Origin: Adineta vaga
Taxonomy: Eukaryota; Animalia; Rotifera
NCBI GenBank assembly: GCA_021613535.1
Contig: CP075497.1
Span: forward strand, 3,348,001-3,412,000
Direction: 5' to 3'
Length of the DNA stretch: 64,000 bases
The notes beneath the pieces are model-generated. The model searched no databases and had not been told where the DNA came from. It worked only from the letters and a program-made list of their open reading frames with translations. Of the stretch, positions 12,121 to 25,204 are shown one piece after another. The number at the start of each line of letters is the position of its first letter. Positions within the stretch are counted from its first letter, which is position 1. The position numbers were made by a program, and so were the translations under genes.

Positions 12121-13048
12121 TCATAATCATTCACAAAAGAATAACAATTAGTCCAAATTCTTGGTGATAGATCAATCTGTTGTTTATCCAAAACAATTTT
12201 GATAATTATTTTCTATAGTTATAAATTTTTTTAATAAAAGAAAATATTCGAATAGAATTAAATATTTACGTAAACTATGTTGTAATAAAAGAAAAGAAAA
12301 AAAAACCTATCTATGTGTAACTGTAACCAATAAAAAATAACTGCTTGATCAATATTTTCTAAACATCTTTCTTCGTTTTACGAAGTTTATTTTGATGTTT
12401 TTCGCAATTCTCAAACAAACACAATGTAATGTAGTTAAATATTTGCGACAGTCAAATTTACGAAATGATTAAAAATATGAAATTGAATTTTATAAGTATT
12501 AAATCATAAGAATTATTCGACTTTTTTAATAATATCTTCGTCTAATGTGTGCTATTTTCTAATTTTCTTCAACCTCAAAAGATACATGAAATTTTAATGT
12601 CATAGATAATAAGTCTGATGACCGTTTCGAATACCGACAAAGTTTCATTCACAAAGAATGTTTCTTTTCCGAATATTGAATTGAACTTTGAAATAGATTT
12701 GCTTTTTGTAATCTAGAGATATCCATGAATTATTCAGTTTTGTATTTTTGAAAAAAGTATTTTAAATAATAGTTTAGTTTAAATAAATAATCTATCTTTT
12801 ACATTTTCATAAGAAAATAATAATCATGATACCGGACATTAAAATCGAACATTTAATTAAAATCTAATCCAATAGAAGTTACAATTAAAACCTGAAAAGG
12901 ATTAATAAGGCATAATTCATTTTATTTTAATTAAAAAAGATCGTCACATTTTTTTATTTCACTCAAATATTTCTATTCTCTATTATAGATATTCTCGTGT
13001 TCATTTTGATTTGGATAATAGTAAAAGAATAACACTAAAACAGAATAT

Positions 13049-14326
13049 ATGGGTTGGTCATCATATAAAATCATAGTAAATCTTAGTATTATTTTGAGTG
13101 AAAAAATATTTTATCAATTACTTCATTTAGAATGATTATGATGGTATGAAAGATGAATTGTCGAAAATATCGTATTGGATTCGCATCACGTTTCTAGTAT
13201 TATCGATATTTACTAGTGTGATTTTATTCATGATGAAAAGTTTTCATAGAAATCTAATGAGACTTCATTATGGTGTACCCGGTTTACAACAAGATCGATT
13301 AGTAGTATTATTACAATGGAGAAAATTAATTGGATTTCACGTGTATGTCATGGTGATGATATTAAGTATGGTGGATCAGGTGTTCATTGAGAGTTTGATG
13401 GAGTCGATTTATGCTTGGGCATTAAACCCTTTGTTGAAAGTTGGTATTGGTATTGTTTGTTTTCTTTTTGAAAAATGGTTAAAAGCTGAGACAGTGAGCA
13501 ACATGATGTTTTTCTATTACAGATATTTTGCCAGTTTTACAATTTTTCTCTCTCTTTTGTATGCGGGTGTTTTGTTTTCTTGCTTTTTTTGTTTTCAAAT
13601 AAAGATTTCGTGTGGTATTAGGTGGAAAAGATTTTTTAAAAATAGTCACTCACTTAAATAGCTAGATTGAGTCGTCCTCGATTTGTTATGAAAAATTATT
13701 TTAATATTGATTGAAGATATTTATTGAAAAAACGAAATTTTCATCAATATATAAATGAATCCTATCATCAACGTGATTCTAGTACATTGAAAGTTGGTGT
13801 CATACTTCTTTTTATGATTTTACTTATTATTCAATTCATTATTTCCATCAAATTCTCTTGGAATGCTAATGACATATCGAATAATCTATCTACTCAATCG
13901 ACTTTTTGTACTCGTAATATTCGTCCATAACTATTAGTTTTTATTCTTCATATCCTTGAATTTATATTTACGATTCAATCAATCTATTCACCAATGTTTA
14001 CTGCAGATGGAATCAATTCTCTCTCATCAATAATAATATGAATCAATGAAAAATTTGGTCAACTGGATAGTATTCTTCTACGTTTGTTCTATTTTACTGG
14101 CACATCTATTCTTCAAGTGTTCTTCTTGCCTGGTGAATTTTCCGGCACTTTCTATGGTGGAATACTTGTGATTGAATTTATATTGAAATATTTAATTATT
14201 ATCTATTATTCGAATTTGACATATGAAAAAAATATGATTGATCTTAATAATAGTAATATATCATATTTACGTTTAGAAAATGATGATTTTAATGATGATA
14301 CACGATTGCTCAATGATATTGACTAA
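13049..14326 (+). pseudogene. Multipass membrane-protein gene with three in-frame stop codons
   Basis: ATG at 13049, introns 13076-13130 and 13615-13661. The last exon keeps one frame to 14326 but has TGA 13712, TAA 13928 and TGA 14039. No frameshifts. Confidence 0.7.
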
Positions 14327-14422
14327 TACTCACACAAACAAAACAACACAAAAATGACAAATAGAATAAAAATGTACATTGATAAATATCTGTAGTTCTG
14401 ATTGATTTCTTTCTGTTATGTT

Positions 14423-15291
14423 TTAAAGACTCATTGATGGAATCATCAGAGGTGGTTTCGTATGAGTTAAACGTGATGTTGAAGATGATGATGAATTACC
14501 CGAATAGCCATGATTTTCATAGACAAGAACAGTAACAGGCACATGTCGTGTATTAGATGTCGTATTTACTTGAGTAAGAAGTTGTTTTCGTTTTGCTTTA
14601 TATCGTCGATTTTGAAACCTAACAGAAATCTTATTGTAAATATTCAAATGAAATAAAACATGAGTTTTCTCATACCAGATCTTTACTTGTTGTTCTTGAA
14701 GCTAACAGAAAAACAAGATTTTATATCTTCTTCGAACTCTAAATCAACTTACACTTAGTAATGTAGCCAATTCTGCTCTTTCAGTACTTGATAAATATTT
14801 CTGTTGTGCAAATCTTCGTTCCAATTCAATAACTTGTGCATGAGAAAAAGCAGCTCGTGAACGTCGTTTTGTTTTTTTAATTTGAACACTACTATTATTT
14901 CCTCCAATGCCTCCTAATGTTGATGATGATGATGATGATGTTAAATTGCGAAGACTTAATAGAAATGATTTTGCAACTTCGTTTGTTGCATTACTAAATA
15001 ATTGTTGACGATAAGCATCAATACTATGTCGCATAGTACTAATAGTACTACTGCAACTTGTTGAACCATTCGAATATTCACCATTTTCATCTGAAGTTGT
15101 AATAATTATCAATCAATTTTGAAAGTGACTATCAATATACCTGATGGAATTTGTCTTTAACCAAGAGATAAATCTGTTGCCTGTTGTTGTTGTTGATCAT
15201 ACATGTGAACCGCTTCATGAATAGGTCGTTTTTTCTTCACAACACAATCACGTAGGAGTGATTCGACATCGAATGGTTTTCCACCGATCAT
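14423..15291 (-). CDS. NKX3-2: NK3-class homeodomain protein (bagpipe/NKX3-2-like)
   Basis: N-terminal TN/eh1 motif PFDVESLL. Homeodomain [38 protein letters not shown]|LQEQQVKIW|[13 protein letters not shown]2-SD-like RHVPVTVLV. Four exons including a 26-nt exon at 14676-14701. Confidence 0.9.
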
Positions 15292-17650
15292 TATTTATTG
15301 TCTTGTCAATTAAATCTTTGTTCGTTTTCACGTCTAGATAAATGCGAAGAAAAATACTTCTAGAATCGAGTTCGAGAAAAGAAAAAGTGGTCATTCGATT
15401 GAGCATTTCTTTTTCTTTTTTTTTCTTCTTCTTCATATATCTATTCACCAATCAGATTTGTATGCGATCAAAAAAGATAAGAATTATTTCTATTGGTTCA
15501 TTGTCTTCTTTCTTTTCTTTTTCTTTTTCGGTTTAAGATAATGTATGAGAGAAAAAGAAATGATCATCTCAGCATGATACAAAGATTTAGTATGCATTTG
15601 GCGTGTGCCCTGATCGTATGTAGTCTCATATTCAGGAAATGAGCAGAGAAAACAGAACAATCAAGTACAATCTTCTACATTGTCGTTAAATAGACACAAA
15701 ATAAGCGATTAACAATATTGAAGAGAAAAGAAAAGACATGACACGACATGAGGAGATAATTTCACTGAGCAACTCTTTTCCTTCTAGACAAAGACAAAGA
15801 CGACACTAATCGATTCCAATCAAGAGAGTCTCTTGACAAACAATCATTTCCATGTAATGTCAAGCATCTGCAGATGCATGTCGAACAAAAATCTCTAACT
15901 GTCTTTTTCTTCTCTCTTCATCTGATGGTGTCATCTCTTTCTATTCTTTTATTTTTCATTCACATCATATGCTTATTATTGTTTCTCTCTAATGATGATA
16001 TGATCAGTTTTCTTCAATCAATAATGTACACGAGTCAAATTACCTTTCATATACTACTGACTGCTGTTTTATTATTTGTTCGTGGAAAGATGAAAGTCAT
16101 TAATCTCGAAGTTTATATACATATGTACAGAAGAAGAAGAAGAAAAAAAACGACGACGCACAAATGAATAATCAATCACCGATCGATCGATCGATTTCCT
16201 ACAGTGAACAACAACACTTTTTGTTTATAACACTTGCTCATAATCGTGTGCGTGTTTTCTATGAGCAAGTAGAATGTCAGAGAGACAAGAACAAACGGAT
16301 GTAAACGATCAATAGCTAAACTCAAATTAACAGACATATATATATATATGTATACACGCACATACATCCATATTGTCTACATTGATTCAATTGAAAGTAG
16401 GACAGTGCTCATGTTGATGATCATCATCGACCAGTCATCATTATCGATCGACATTAACTAGAAGCAAATCGCCTGACTTTCTTTTGTTTCTGTCTAATCA
16501 AAAACATTTAGAAAAGAAAATAATTTGCTCTTTAAATTAACTTTAAGAAACAATATACACATACAACAAGTGTAAATTAAATATAGATTCATTGTGAACG
16601 ATGATCATTTCGAGTAAAGATAATAATTGCTAATGATATTCTAGAATGATGAGTAAAGGAAAAGCCATATATTTCTTCGTTAGAGACTCCGCACATCGAT
16701 ACAAAAAACTGAGACAATTTGATTTGAAATTCCGAATAATGATCAATTTTTCATCAGTTATAACTACATCGAATTGTTTTCCTATGAAATAAAAAGTGGT
16801 ATTTAGATATTTGTATGGAGGATCAAGTATAGTATGTTCGTCAAGTTCATATCCGATATAAATATAGTAGAATAATATGAAAACTTCTACACTACCGAAC
16901 TTATCTCGTTGAAAATTTATATCTATTTGTAATTAATGTAGCTTTCAATTTTATATGTAACAATGTTGTTAGAACAATAGTACTTGATGAATAGAATATC
17001 GGTAGTAGGCTTCGCTAGTTTTATCAAGGATTTGAATGAATTATCTCGCATTGACAAAGAATTCATAAAAAAATACATAAAATCTTGAATGTGAATCGAA
17101 ACTAGCATGATTGTTGGTGTAAGTTAAGAATTGTTATTTTAGTGATGATTACTATAACTGAAAATAGTTTTTCTTTATTTGATCTCTAGTAATAATTGTG
17201 TCTCACGAATTAAACAACATCTAAGTGTCAAATATAGATAATAATTTCTGACATTTCTTAGCCTAAATCAAGGTCAATAACTGTTGTCAATTTCGGATCT
17301 TCTTCTTTATATCACCGGATATAAGTGTTCAGATTACTTTTTAATCTATGGCTAGGAAGAATTCTTTTGATGCCAATTTCCCTCTTTTTTTTATTACAAG
17401 ATTTCTTTTGACTCTCCGAAGAATCTTTCATATGATTAACGTCATATTTATTGAAATAATGTATTGAAGTTTGAAAAAATTTATTTTAATTAAATGATAA
17501 CTAATATTAATACATTTTGAATTTTCGAATAAGCAGATATTTTATGGAATAATCTAAAGGAATTCAATTATTGCGATGAATTTATATGATAAAAAAACAT
17601 ACTGAAGCATTTTTTAGTTAACAAAATAGTTTATATTCAAATATTTCTTT

Positions 17651-19129
17651 TTATGAATTAATATGCGGATAATATGGATCTGAATGATACGGTGGTGGAA
17701 CGAATCTCTGATGTGCACTACTATGTTCAATTTGAACAGGAATCGAGACAAATGCTTTCGATGAATCTTCATATGCATGTTGTTGATAATTCGGATAATT
17801 TCCATCATCTCGAATTGTTCGAACAACAACACGTGGATGTTGTTCTTGCATAGAGACCATTTCAGGATATTGTGAATGAGATGAAGTAAAATGTGATTCA
17901 CTTTCAAATGGTACAGGAACACGTTCACGACTAGATTTCAATGATCGTTGAGTTTGAAATGATGTTTCATCGTCACGATTATATTGTGATGGTCGATTGT
18001 CTTTATTTGGTAATGTGGATGCAATTGGTGCTTGCGATGATGTTCCTCCTTGATATTCACGATTATAAAATCGATTATCACCAGTATTTGCGACATTATG
18101 ATTTCGAGATGGAGTAACATTTTGTTCATTTGTAAATTCTTTGGGACTACCCATAGTATTTGAAACATTTCCAGCAACTGTCGAATCCGTTTGTAATAAT
18201 CGTTGTTTATCACTAGCTTGAGGATCAACATTAGCAATTGTTTGAGCTTTTTTAGCTGTGACTTCTTTCTTCTTGTGTAATTCTGAAATTATATGACGAC
18301 GTTTTTGTGAATTTCTAAAGAAAAAGCATTCATCACTTTGATAAATAAGAAAATAAATGGAAAGAATTCTATTTACCTCATTCGGCGTAAGAAAAATGTT
18401 AAAACAAATAACAAAGTTACGAATCCAATAGACGTAGGTATAATAATCAAATTTAATTTATTTCGATTTCGTTTGTATATTTTTACATTACCAATACGAT
18501 AAACATGAGCATGAATTGCACTATTGACTACATCTAGTCGCCGAATAATCGCATCTAAAACCATATAGCATAATATTAAAATCCATGGTTTTCTTTTTCC
18601 TAATATTTACTCGTTATTAATTCCTTTGCGATATTATGTTGAACATCTTGATCATCGGTACATATTCCACGAATACTTATATCAAGAAAACGAGCATCTT
18701 GTTTCGGATAATTCATTTCTTGTTCAAAAGTACTAAAAGAAAAGACAGAAAGAATGGCTAACTGTTAATAAGACAAACGATTCTTATGTATATTTACATT
18801 GATTTACATGCAGTGCCTTTCTTCTCATCAGTATATTTCAATTCTGCATCGAGAACTTGTTCCATTTTATTCAACGTAGTATATTTCCACTAGAAAGAAA
18901 GAGAAAAAAAACGATTGAAGATGAGATTAGAAATGAAAACAAACTTCATTTAATCGAAGATCCATTAAACGAATAATTAAATATGGACTTTCCTCTAAAA
19001 AAAAATCAAAATAATTCGTACATCTTCTTGTATATAACATTAGACTAAATAGTTACCTTTGAATTTTTGTGTTTCAGCAATAATTATAAAAGAATTCAAT
19101 AGAAAAAGTACAAAGAAATATTCCATCAT
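17651..19129 (-). CDS. Type I single-pass membrane protein with a long disordered cytoplasmic tail containing PPPY
   Basis: Six exons splice in frame: signal peptide MMEYFFVLFLLNSFIIIA, ~125 aa ectodomain with 2 Cys, TM segment LIIIPTSIGFVTLLFVLTFFL followed by RRMR, and a tail ending FVPPPYHSDPYYPHINS. Confidence 0.75.
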
Positions 19130-20999
19130 TGATCGAAAAGAGAATTTCAAATGTATAGATGATAAATTAGAAAAAAATCGCACAATATAACCTTGGAATG
19201 CTCTTGCAACGACGTTGAGTTAAAAAAATATGCTGATGCGATGTGAATGTCGGTCTTATGAGTGGAAGAAAATGTAGAGGGAGAGAGAGAGAGAGACAAA
19301 AAAAGCGGATCTGTTGGTTTTTTCTTCTTCTTCTTCTCTTTCCTTATATATTTTGAACTGCATCTGGCGGTTTCCATCCTCGTTCGTTCTCGCATGTCAA
19401 AAACGCAAAGGAAACGAGAGAGAAAAAGGAAGAAATGAGAACGACAAGAAGCCTAACGTTAAGGATAAAAAACTTTGGGCTGCTGTTTCTTTGGGTAACA
19501 GAAAAGAACGAAAGTAAATAGAAGAGAATATACTCTATGACTATATTACTTCCTCTATCGATGCCGATTATTTGATATAAAAAAAAAGCTAATTCACAGA
19601 AGAGTATGAACTTCATTATAAATTAATTAAAAAGTTGTTCCGCGAAATAAATGATTATGATTGATAGAAGCGTAAATAAATTATAGTTATTTTTTTGTTA
19701 AGACATATTTTAGGAAAGTAGAAACTTCGTATTGTTGAATTGATAATGACTTTACCAACAGATGGACCTGGAAATCATGTATTTAGTTGACGTTCTATGT
19801 AACTAACAGATACGATAATCAAAATAGAATAAATGTATTCATCTAACTACATTCTGATATACTGAGAAAGTAACGAAAAATGAGTTCCTGTTACTAATCA
19901 TTCAATAATGACATCAAAAATAATTATTTATTTGAGAGGTTTTGAGAATGAATAATCTTTGCTTTATTGCTCTCTCATAGCTTTCCATTTTTTTCTAATG
20001 AAAGCCAGCTGTAGAAAATAGTTCTTTGAGGATACTTTAAAACACTTTCAATGAAGTGTAACAACGCAACATTTCTAGTTTAAATGTAAATAAGTAAAAG
20101 AAGAAAAGAGATCGCTAGAGAGAAAGTCCTTGGACATACATTAAAAACAATAGAAAAATATAAAAACAATCATTGATAGAATTAGAAAAAAATATTGATC
20201 TTTTACACAATAGTGACTTTACTAATCACTTCAATACTGTAGTTATATTAGGACGTTCTGAACAGAATACCACGAATGAAATATACTATGATATAAGACT
20301 GAACATAATTTTCTTCTTTTTCTATCTACAGAAATATTTTAATTTATGGGACGTGACATCCGTCAAAGACCGATGTTTATAAGCATGTCTCGCCTGTTTG
20401 AAGTATTGATGATATAATTTGTAATGAATTACCTAGTGAAAAAGTATGTGACATATTTTATTAGATTTCAGCAACAAAATTGCCTTACTAAGTTATCTTT
20501 CAGCAGTGTCACACTGACTAAGTTGCTCTGCATAGATTCTATTAAAAAAAAAGAATGACCATTTCAATCGCACAGGTCGAGTTATCCTGTACGATTATTT
20601 CCATTCTTTCAATAATGTCAAAATGACACAATAGATCAAACAAATACACATATGTATATATTCCCAGATAAGTGATGGTATAATATATATATGTCTTGTA
20701 CTTTCGTTAATTCATCATACTCTCTTTTGTATGCAAATCAGTTTTGAAAAAAAAGAAAATACGCCAAAAATTTGAATCATCTCGCATCATCCTACATGGT
20801 CTCTACGCAAGAAATCGAATAAGTTCAATTGAATTTGCGTCGTCATTGAATAAAACTTCTCATCAATCTTCTAGTTGCGACATCTTTGTACATTTATTTC
20901 TTTCAGTAAGGAGTTTCTATAGTTTCTTTTTTTTCAATGTCATCTATTATTACAAATGATGTTGGGCTTCGAACATTGGCAATAACATATGAGAAGCAT

Positions 21000-21602
21000 C
21001 TATAAATGAACATTCGTTTCGATACATATATATAATACATAGACAATAAAAGGCCAGGTAGTATTAAATAATAGAATTAGTTTTAATCGCGATCGAAATC
21101 TTTGACTACGAAGATGTTTATGTTTTTCAATGAATAATGCCAATCCTCCTCCGATAATTCCTCCATACCAAAGTAAAAATAGAAGTGGACTTTCACCTAA
21201 TAATAATCCTCCATGTTCAGCTTGTTGTGTATCGTATTGAACACAACTAAAGGTTAGAAAATTGAACAGAATCAATGTAATAAGAGTATATTTAATAGCA
21301 AATAATGGTTGTTTTTTATGACAATAGATAACAGAACATAGATGAAATAGAGCAATTATTTGTAAAATAAGTAAGATTAATTTTGTTCGATAGTTAATAG
21401 AAGGATAGAGTTTTGCTTTTTCTCGTGAACGTGAACGTGATGAACTTTTTCGAAAACGTACATAATTTCGACGATATCGAGGTAAGTTATCAGGTAATTC
21501 TAAGGATCTTTCGCCATCATCATGATTAATATGAACAGATTTTGAATGACAACGACTTTGTCTCATTGTAGATAAAGATGATCTTTGATTATATTGATTC
21601 AT
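21000..21602 (-). CDS. Intronless membrane protein with a DUF1294 (YsdA-like) domain
   Basis: NFLTFSCVQYDTQQAEHGGLLLGESPLLFLLWYGGIIGGGLALFIEKHKHLRSQRF follows the DUF1294 pattern N..TF...g.Dk..A......E..L.......GG..G.......HK.....F. N-terminal basic RS-rich extension. Confidence 0.7.
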   Translation of the reverse strand: MNQYNQRSSLSTMRQSRCHSKSVHINHDDGERSLELPDNLPRYRRNYVRFRKSSSRSRSREKAKLYPSINYRTKLILLILQIIALFHLCSVIYCHKKQPLFAIKYTLITLILFNFLTFSCVQYDTQQAEHGGLLLGESPLLFLLWYGGIIGGGLALFIEKHKHLRSQRFRSRLKLILLFNTTWPFIVYVLYICIETNVHL

Positions 21603-21742
21603 GATTAGTGATTAACATACAAAACATCTAAATCGAATTGAAAAAAAAATAAATAAATAAAATTGTAAGTGAAAGAAAAATTCTCATTTTTGTCATTGTT
21701 TCTATAGAAATAAATATTGAAATAGAGAACGAAGTTTTCAAT

Positions 21743-24700
21743 ATGCCACCACGAACATCGAATAAAGTCAAAGTTTATGTTCGAACTCGACCAACGAGTC
21801 ATTTTGCATCAGAAGTACTTGCTATTGGACGTGATACTCGAGTAAGTCGCATGTTTTTTTCTTTCAAGTTATAATTTAAATATAAAACTTTCGTTTTTTA
21901 AAGACAATTAGTCTTCATCGAGCACCATCACAAAGTGTTGTCGATAATAAAGTGAATGATTGGACATTTCATTTCGATGGTGTATTGTATAATGTTACTC
22001 AAGAGGAAATATTTAATTCTATTGCGAAAGATGTTATCAATAAAACATTAGATGGTTATAATGGTTCGATTAGAATTTATCTTTGTACAAAAAAAGAAAG
22101 AAAAACAAGAAATTTGATTTTTAGGTACAATTATGTGTTATGGACAGACAGGTGCTGGTAAAACTCATACAATGACTGGTTTCGCTGAAAGTTATCAAAA
22201 TCGTGGAATAATTCCTCGAAGTTTACAACATCTTTATCAAGAAATAGCTACTCGACAAGATTTTTCCTATTCAATTCGGTAAGAAATCTCGATTGAACAG
22301 TTCTTATCCTTTGAAAGTATTCTTCGTTTTAGTATTTCATATCTTGAAATTTATAATGATCAAATGTGTGATTTACTTCGAACATTAGACTCACAATCTG
22401 ATTATCAGCAACAGCAACAGCAATTGTCTATTGGTGAAGATTCGGGCTTAGTTTATGTGAAAGGATTATCCTATCGTCTTGCAAATAGTGAAGAGGAAGC
22501 TTTAAATTTATTATTTGAAGGTGAAACAAATCGTGCTATCGGTCAACATGTTCTCAATAAACAATCATCTCGTTCCCATTGTTTATTTACTATTTTAATC
22601 GAACGTCGATCGAATATATCATCTACAGAAAAATATACAATGTCTAAATTAAATCTTGTAGATTTAGCTGGTAGTGAACGACTAGCAAAAACGAATGTAA
22701 GTTATTGTTGAACATTCTCATGAGAAGAAATAGAAGATTATTTTTAGTCTGAAGGTGTAACAAAACGTGAAGCAACATTTATTAATAAATCTTTATCATT
22801 TCTTGAACAAGCTGTACTTAATCTATCGGATAAGAAACCAAATTCTCATAATTGTCGAAGTTCAAAATTAACTCATGCACTGAAGGATAGTATCGGTGGA
22901 CGATGTAATACAGTTATGATTGCAAATATTTGGCCAGAATTACAGCAACTTGAAGAAACAGTAAAGAAAATTTTAATGGATTTATCTTTCGTATGATTGG
23001 CATTTCTTTTCTTCTTTTAAATAGATTTCGACACTTCGTTTTGCTAGTCGGATGATGTGTGTGCCAGCTGAACCCACAGTCAATGAAGTCATTGATCCTG
23101 TTAAAGCAATTGAAAATTATAAACGTGAAAATAAACTACTACGAGAAGAACTAGCATTACACGATTCATTGGCACAACGAACTAATCCAGCACATGAATC
23201 ACTCTCGGAACAACAATTGTATGAAATTGAAAATCAATGTCGACGATTCATTGAAGGATCATTAGATGATATCGAAGTGAAAAATCTTCGTCAAATACAA
23301 GGTTAGCTCTCTTGTGATCTATCATGATTATTATTGTTATTGCGTTGATGTATTTCTAGCGGTATTTAATATGATGAGAAATATTTGTCGGTAAGTGAGA
23401 AATTCATTAATCAACAGAGAAGATTATGTCTGTTTTCTTTTGTTTAAGAGCAAAAGAAAAAGATGTGGAGAAAAAATGTCGTGAACGATATGTTCCTGCA
23501 GATAAACAAGGATACGATTCACAGGATGGTCAGAAAGTAAATATACAAAGTTTTTTTTTAAATTCTAATCTGATGATAACGATGAAATAGTAAGAATATC
23601 GAACTACAAACTATCTTGTAGGTAGATGATTCAACAGAAATTGTAAGTAGTTCATTGCTTCAGCTAGTATATAATAGAATTCGATAGAGATAAGATTTGC
23701 AGCTCGTGAATCATTCATTTTCAATCAATTGGAATGTCTTTTTTTTCTCAAATGCTTTCTCTATGTGCTCTAAGCTTCTTCTTTTGAAGTATTTCTGAAA
23801 TGAATCAATTAATGTGTCTTTAATGATCATTTAGATATCTAATAGCACGCGAGGTGCTAATAATACAGGTGGAGATCTTGATAGTCAAAACTTTTCATCA
23901 GGTGTATCTTCCAAAGATCAACGTGGTACGAAAGATTCCACACTCAAAAGCACACGAAATAAGAAACAAAGTACAGCGGCAGCTGCTGTTGCTGCAGCAA
24001 AACCTACTGGAACACAATCGAATAAGTAAATCTTTTTTTGAACGTGTTCTTTTTCATTGAATATTAACTTAGTATAAAGACAAAATCTCCATCACCACCA
24101 GGTTTAAAACCAAATGGTACAAATCCTCCACGTGGTGCTACAGCAGATGAGGAACAATTTAGACAAATAAAAGAATCAAGTGAAGTAATTGATGGAAAAG
24201 ATCAACGTCCAAAGTAAAAAGAAAACTTTTGTTTTTGGAAAATAATCTTTATATTTGATGGATAAATGATAATTTAGTACACCACCAGGTCGATCTGTTG
24301 CATTTGAAGAATTCAAACAAAATCGTGGTTCAAATTTGAATAGAATTTACTTGGAGAATAAAGAAATAACTGTAACAAAAAAGAAGCAATTCACTGAATT
24401 AGCGCGACGAATTAATCAAACGAAAAAAGAATTGGATGATACACGAACAAAAGCTGAACATAAAAAGAATGAACGATTATCAATGGGTAAATAAATTGAT
24501 TTCGGAATTCTTTTTCATCTATTGATTTTATTATAGGTGAATTTCTAAATGAAAATGGTGAAACAATCATTGATGAAGAAGAATATGAATTGATTTCTAA
24601 ATTACAAGAACTCAAAGGTACTTATCGTACTGACTATGATCAATGGAAAAATCTCAAATCTGAAATAACCTATTGTCAAAATTTAGTTACACAATGTCAA

Positions 24701-25204
24701 AATAGACTTCTTCAAGGTAACAGAAAAGTCAATACAGTTCATTTTGGTTGTCTTTAAAACGATGACTTTCTTTATCTAGAATTTGATATTTGGTACAATG
24801 AATCTTATATAAATGAAAATAATACCGGTGGTATTGGTGATTTGACATCATCAAGTAAAATAAAAAGTGATTATCTTGTTTATGATGATGCAGCAGAAAA
24901 ATTTGAACGTATGCAAAAAGAATTATTACTTTCTGATCTTGACAGTATGCCTTTTCGACAAGCACAAATGAAATCAAATCGACGCGTAAGTTTTTCAATC
25001 TTTCGTTATTTTTCTAATTTCTGAAATTTTCTTTTTCAGCATGTATTTGATGCAGCAACTGCACAAGGACCATGGAAACAAGCTCCAGCAACAACAGTAA
25101 CAAATAATAAAACATCCTATTTTGAATTGAATTACGATGAGGAACAAGAATCTCTTCCATCAATATTTACCAATGGTACTCAACAAAATTCCATGGTTCG
25201 ATAG
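21743..25204 (+). CDS. KIF9: Kinesin-9 family motor KIF9
   Basis: VKVYVRTRP, DWTFHFDGVL, GYNG|TIMCYGQTGAGKT (P-loop), NKQSSRSH (switch I), LVDLAGSER (switch II), INKSLSFLEQ, ELALHDSL and a coiled-coil tail, all in KIF9 order. Many short introns. Stop 25202-25204. Confidence 0.92.

Noticed and set aside
16700-17500. Fragments resembling degraded leucine-rich coding sequence
   Set aside because: Too broken to support a call; no continuous frame or diagnostic motif.
19700-20450. Short coding-like stretches with stops
   Set aside because: No coherent exon chain or recognisable family.
20744-20959. ORF faintly resembling a MULE transposase C-terminus
   Set aside because: Similarity is only a loose helical pattern; no catalytic motifs or TIRs.
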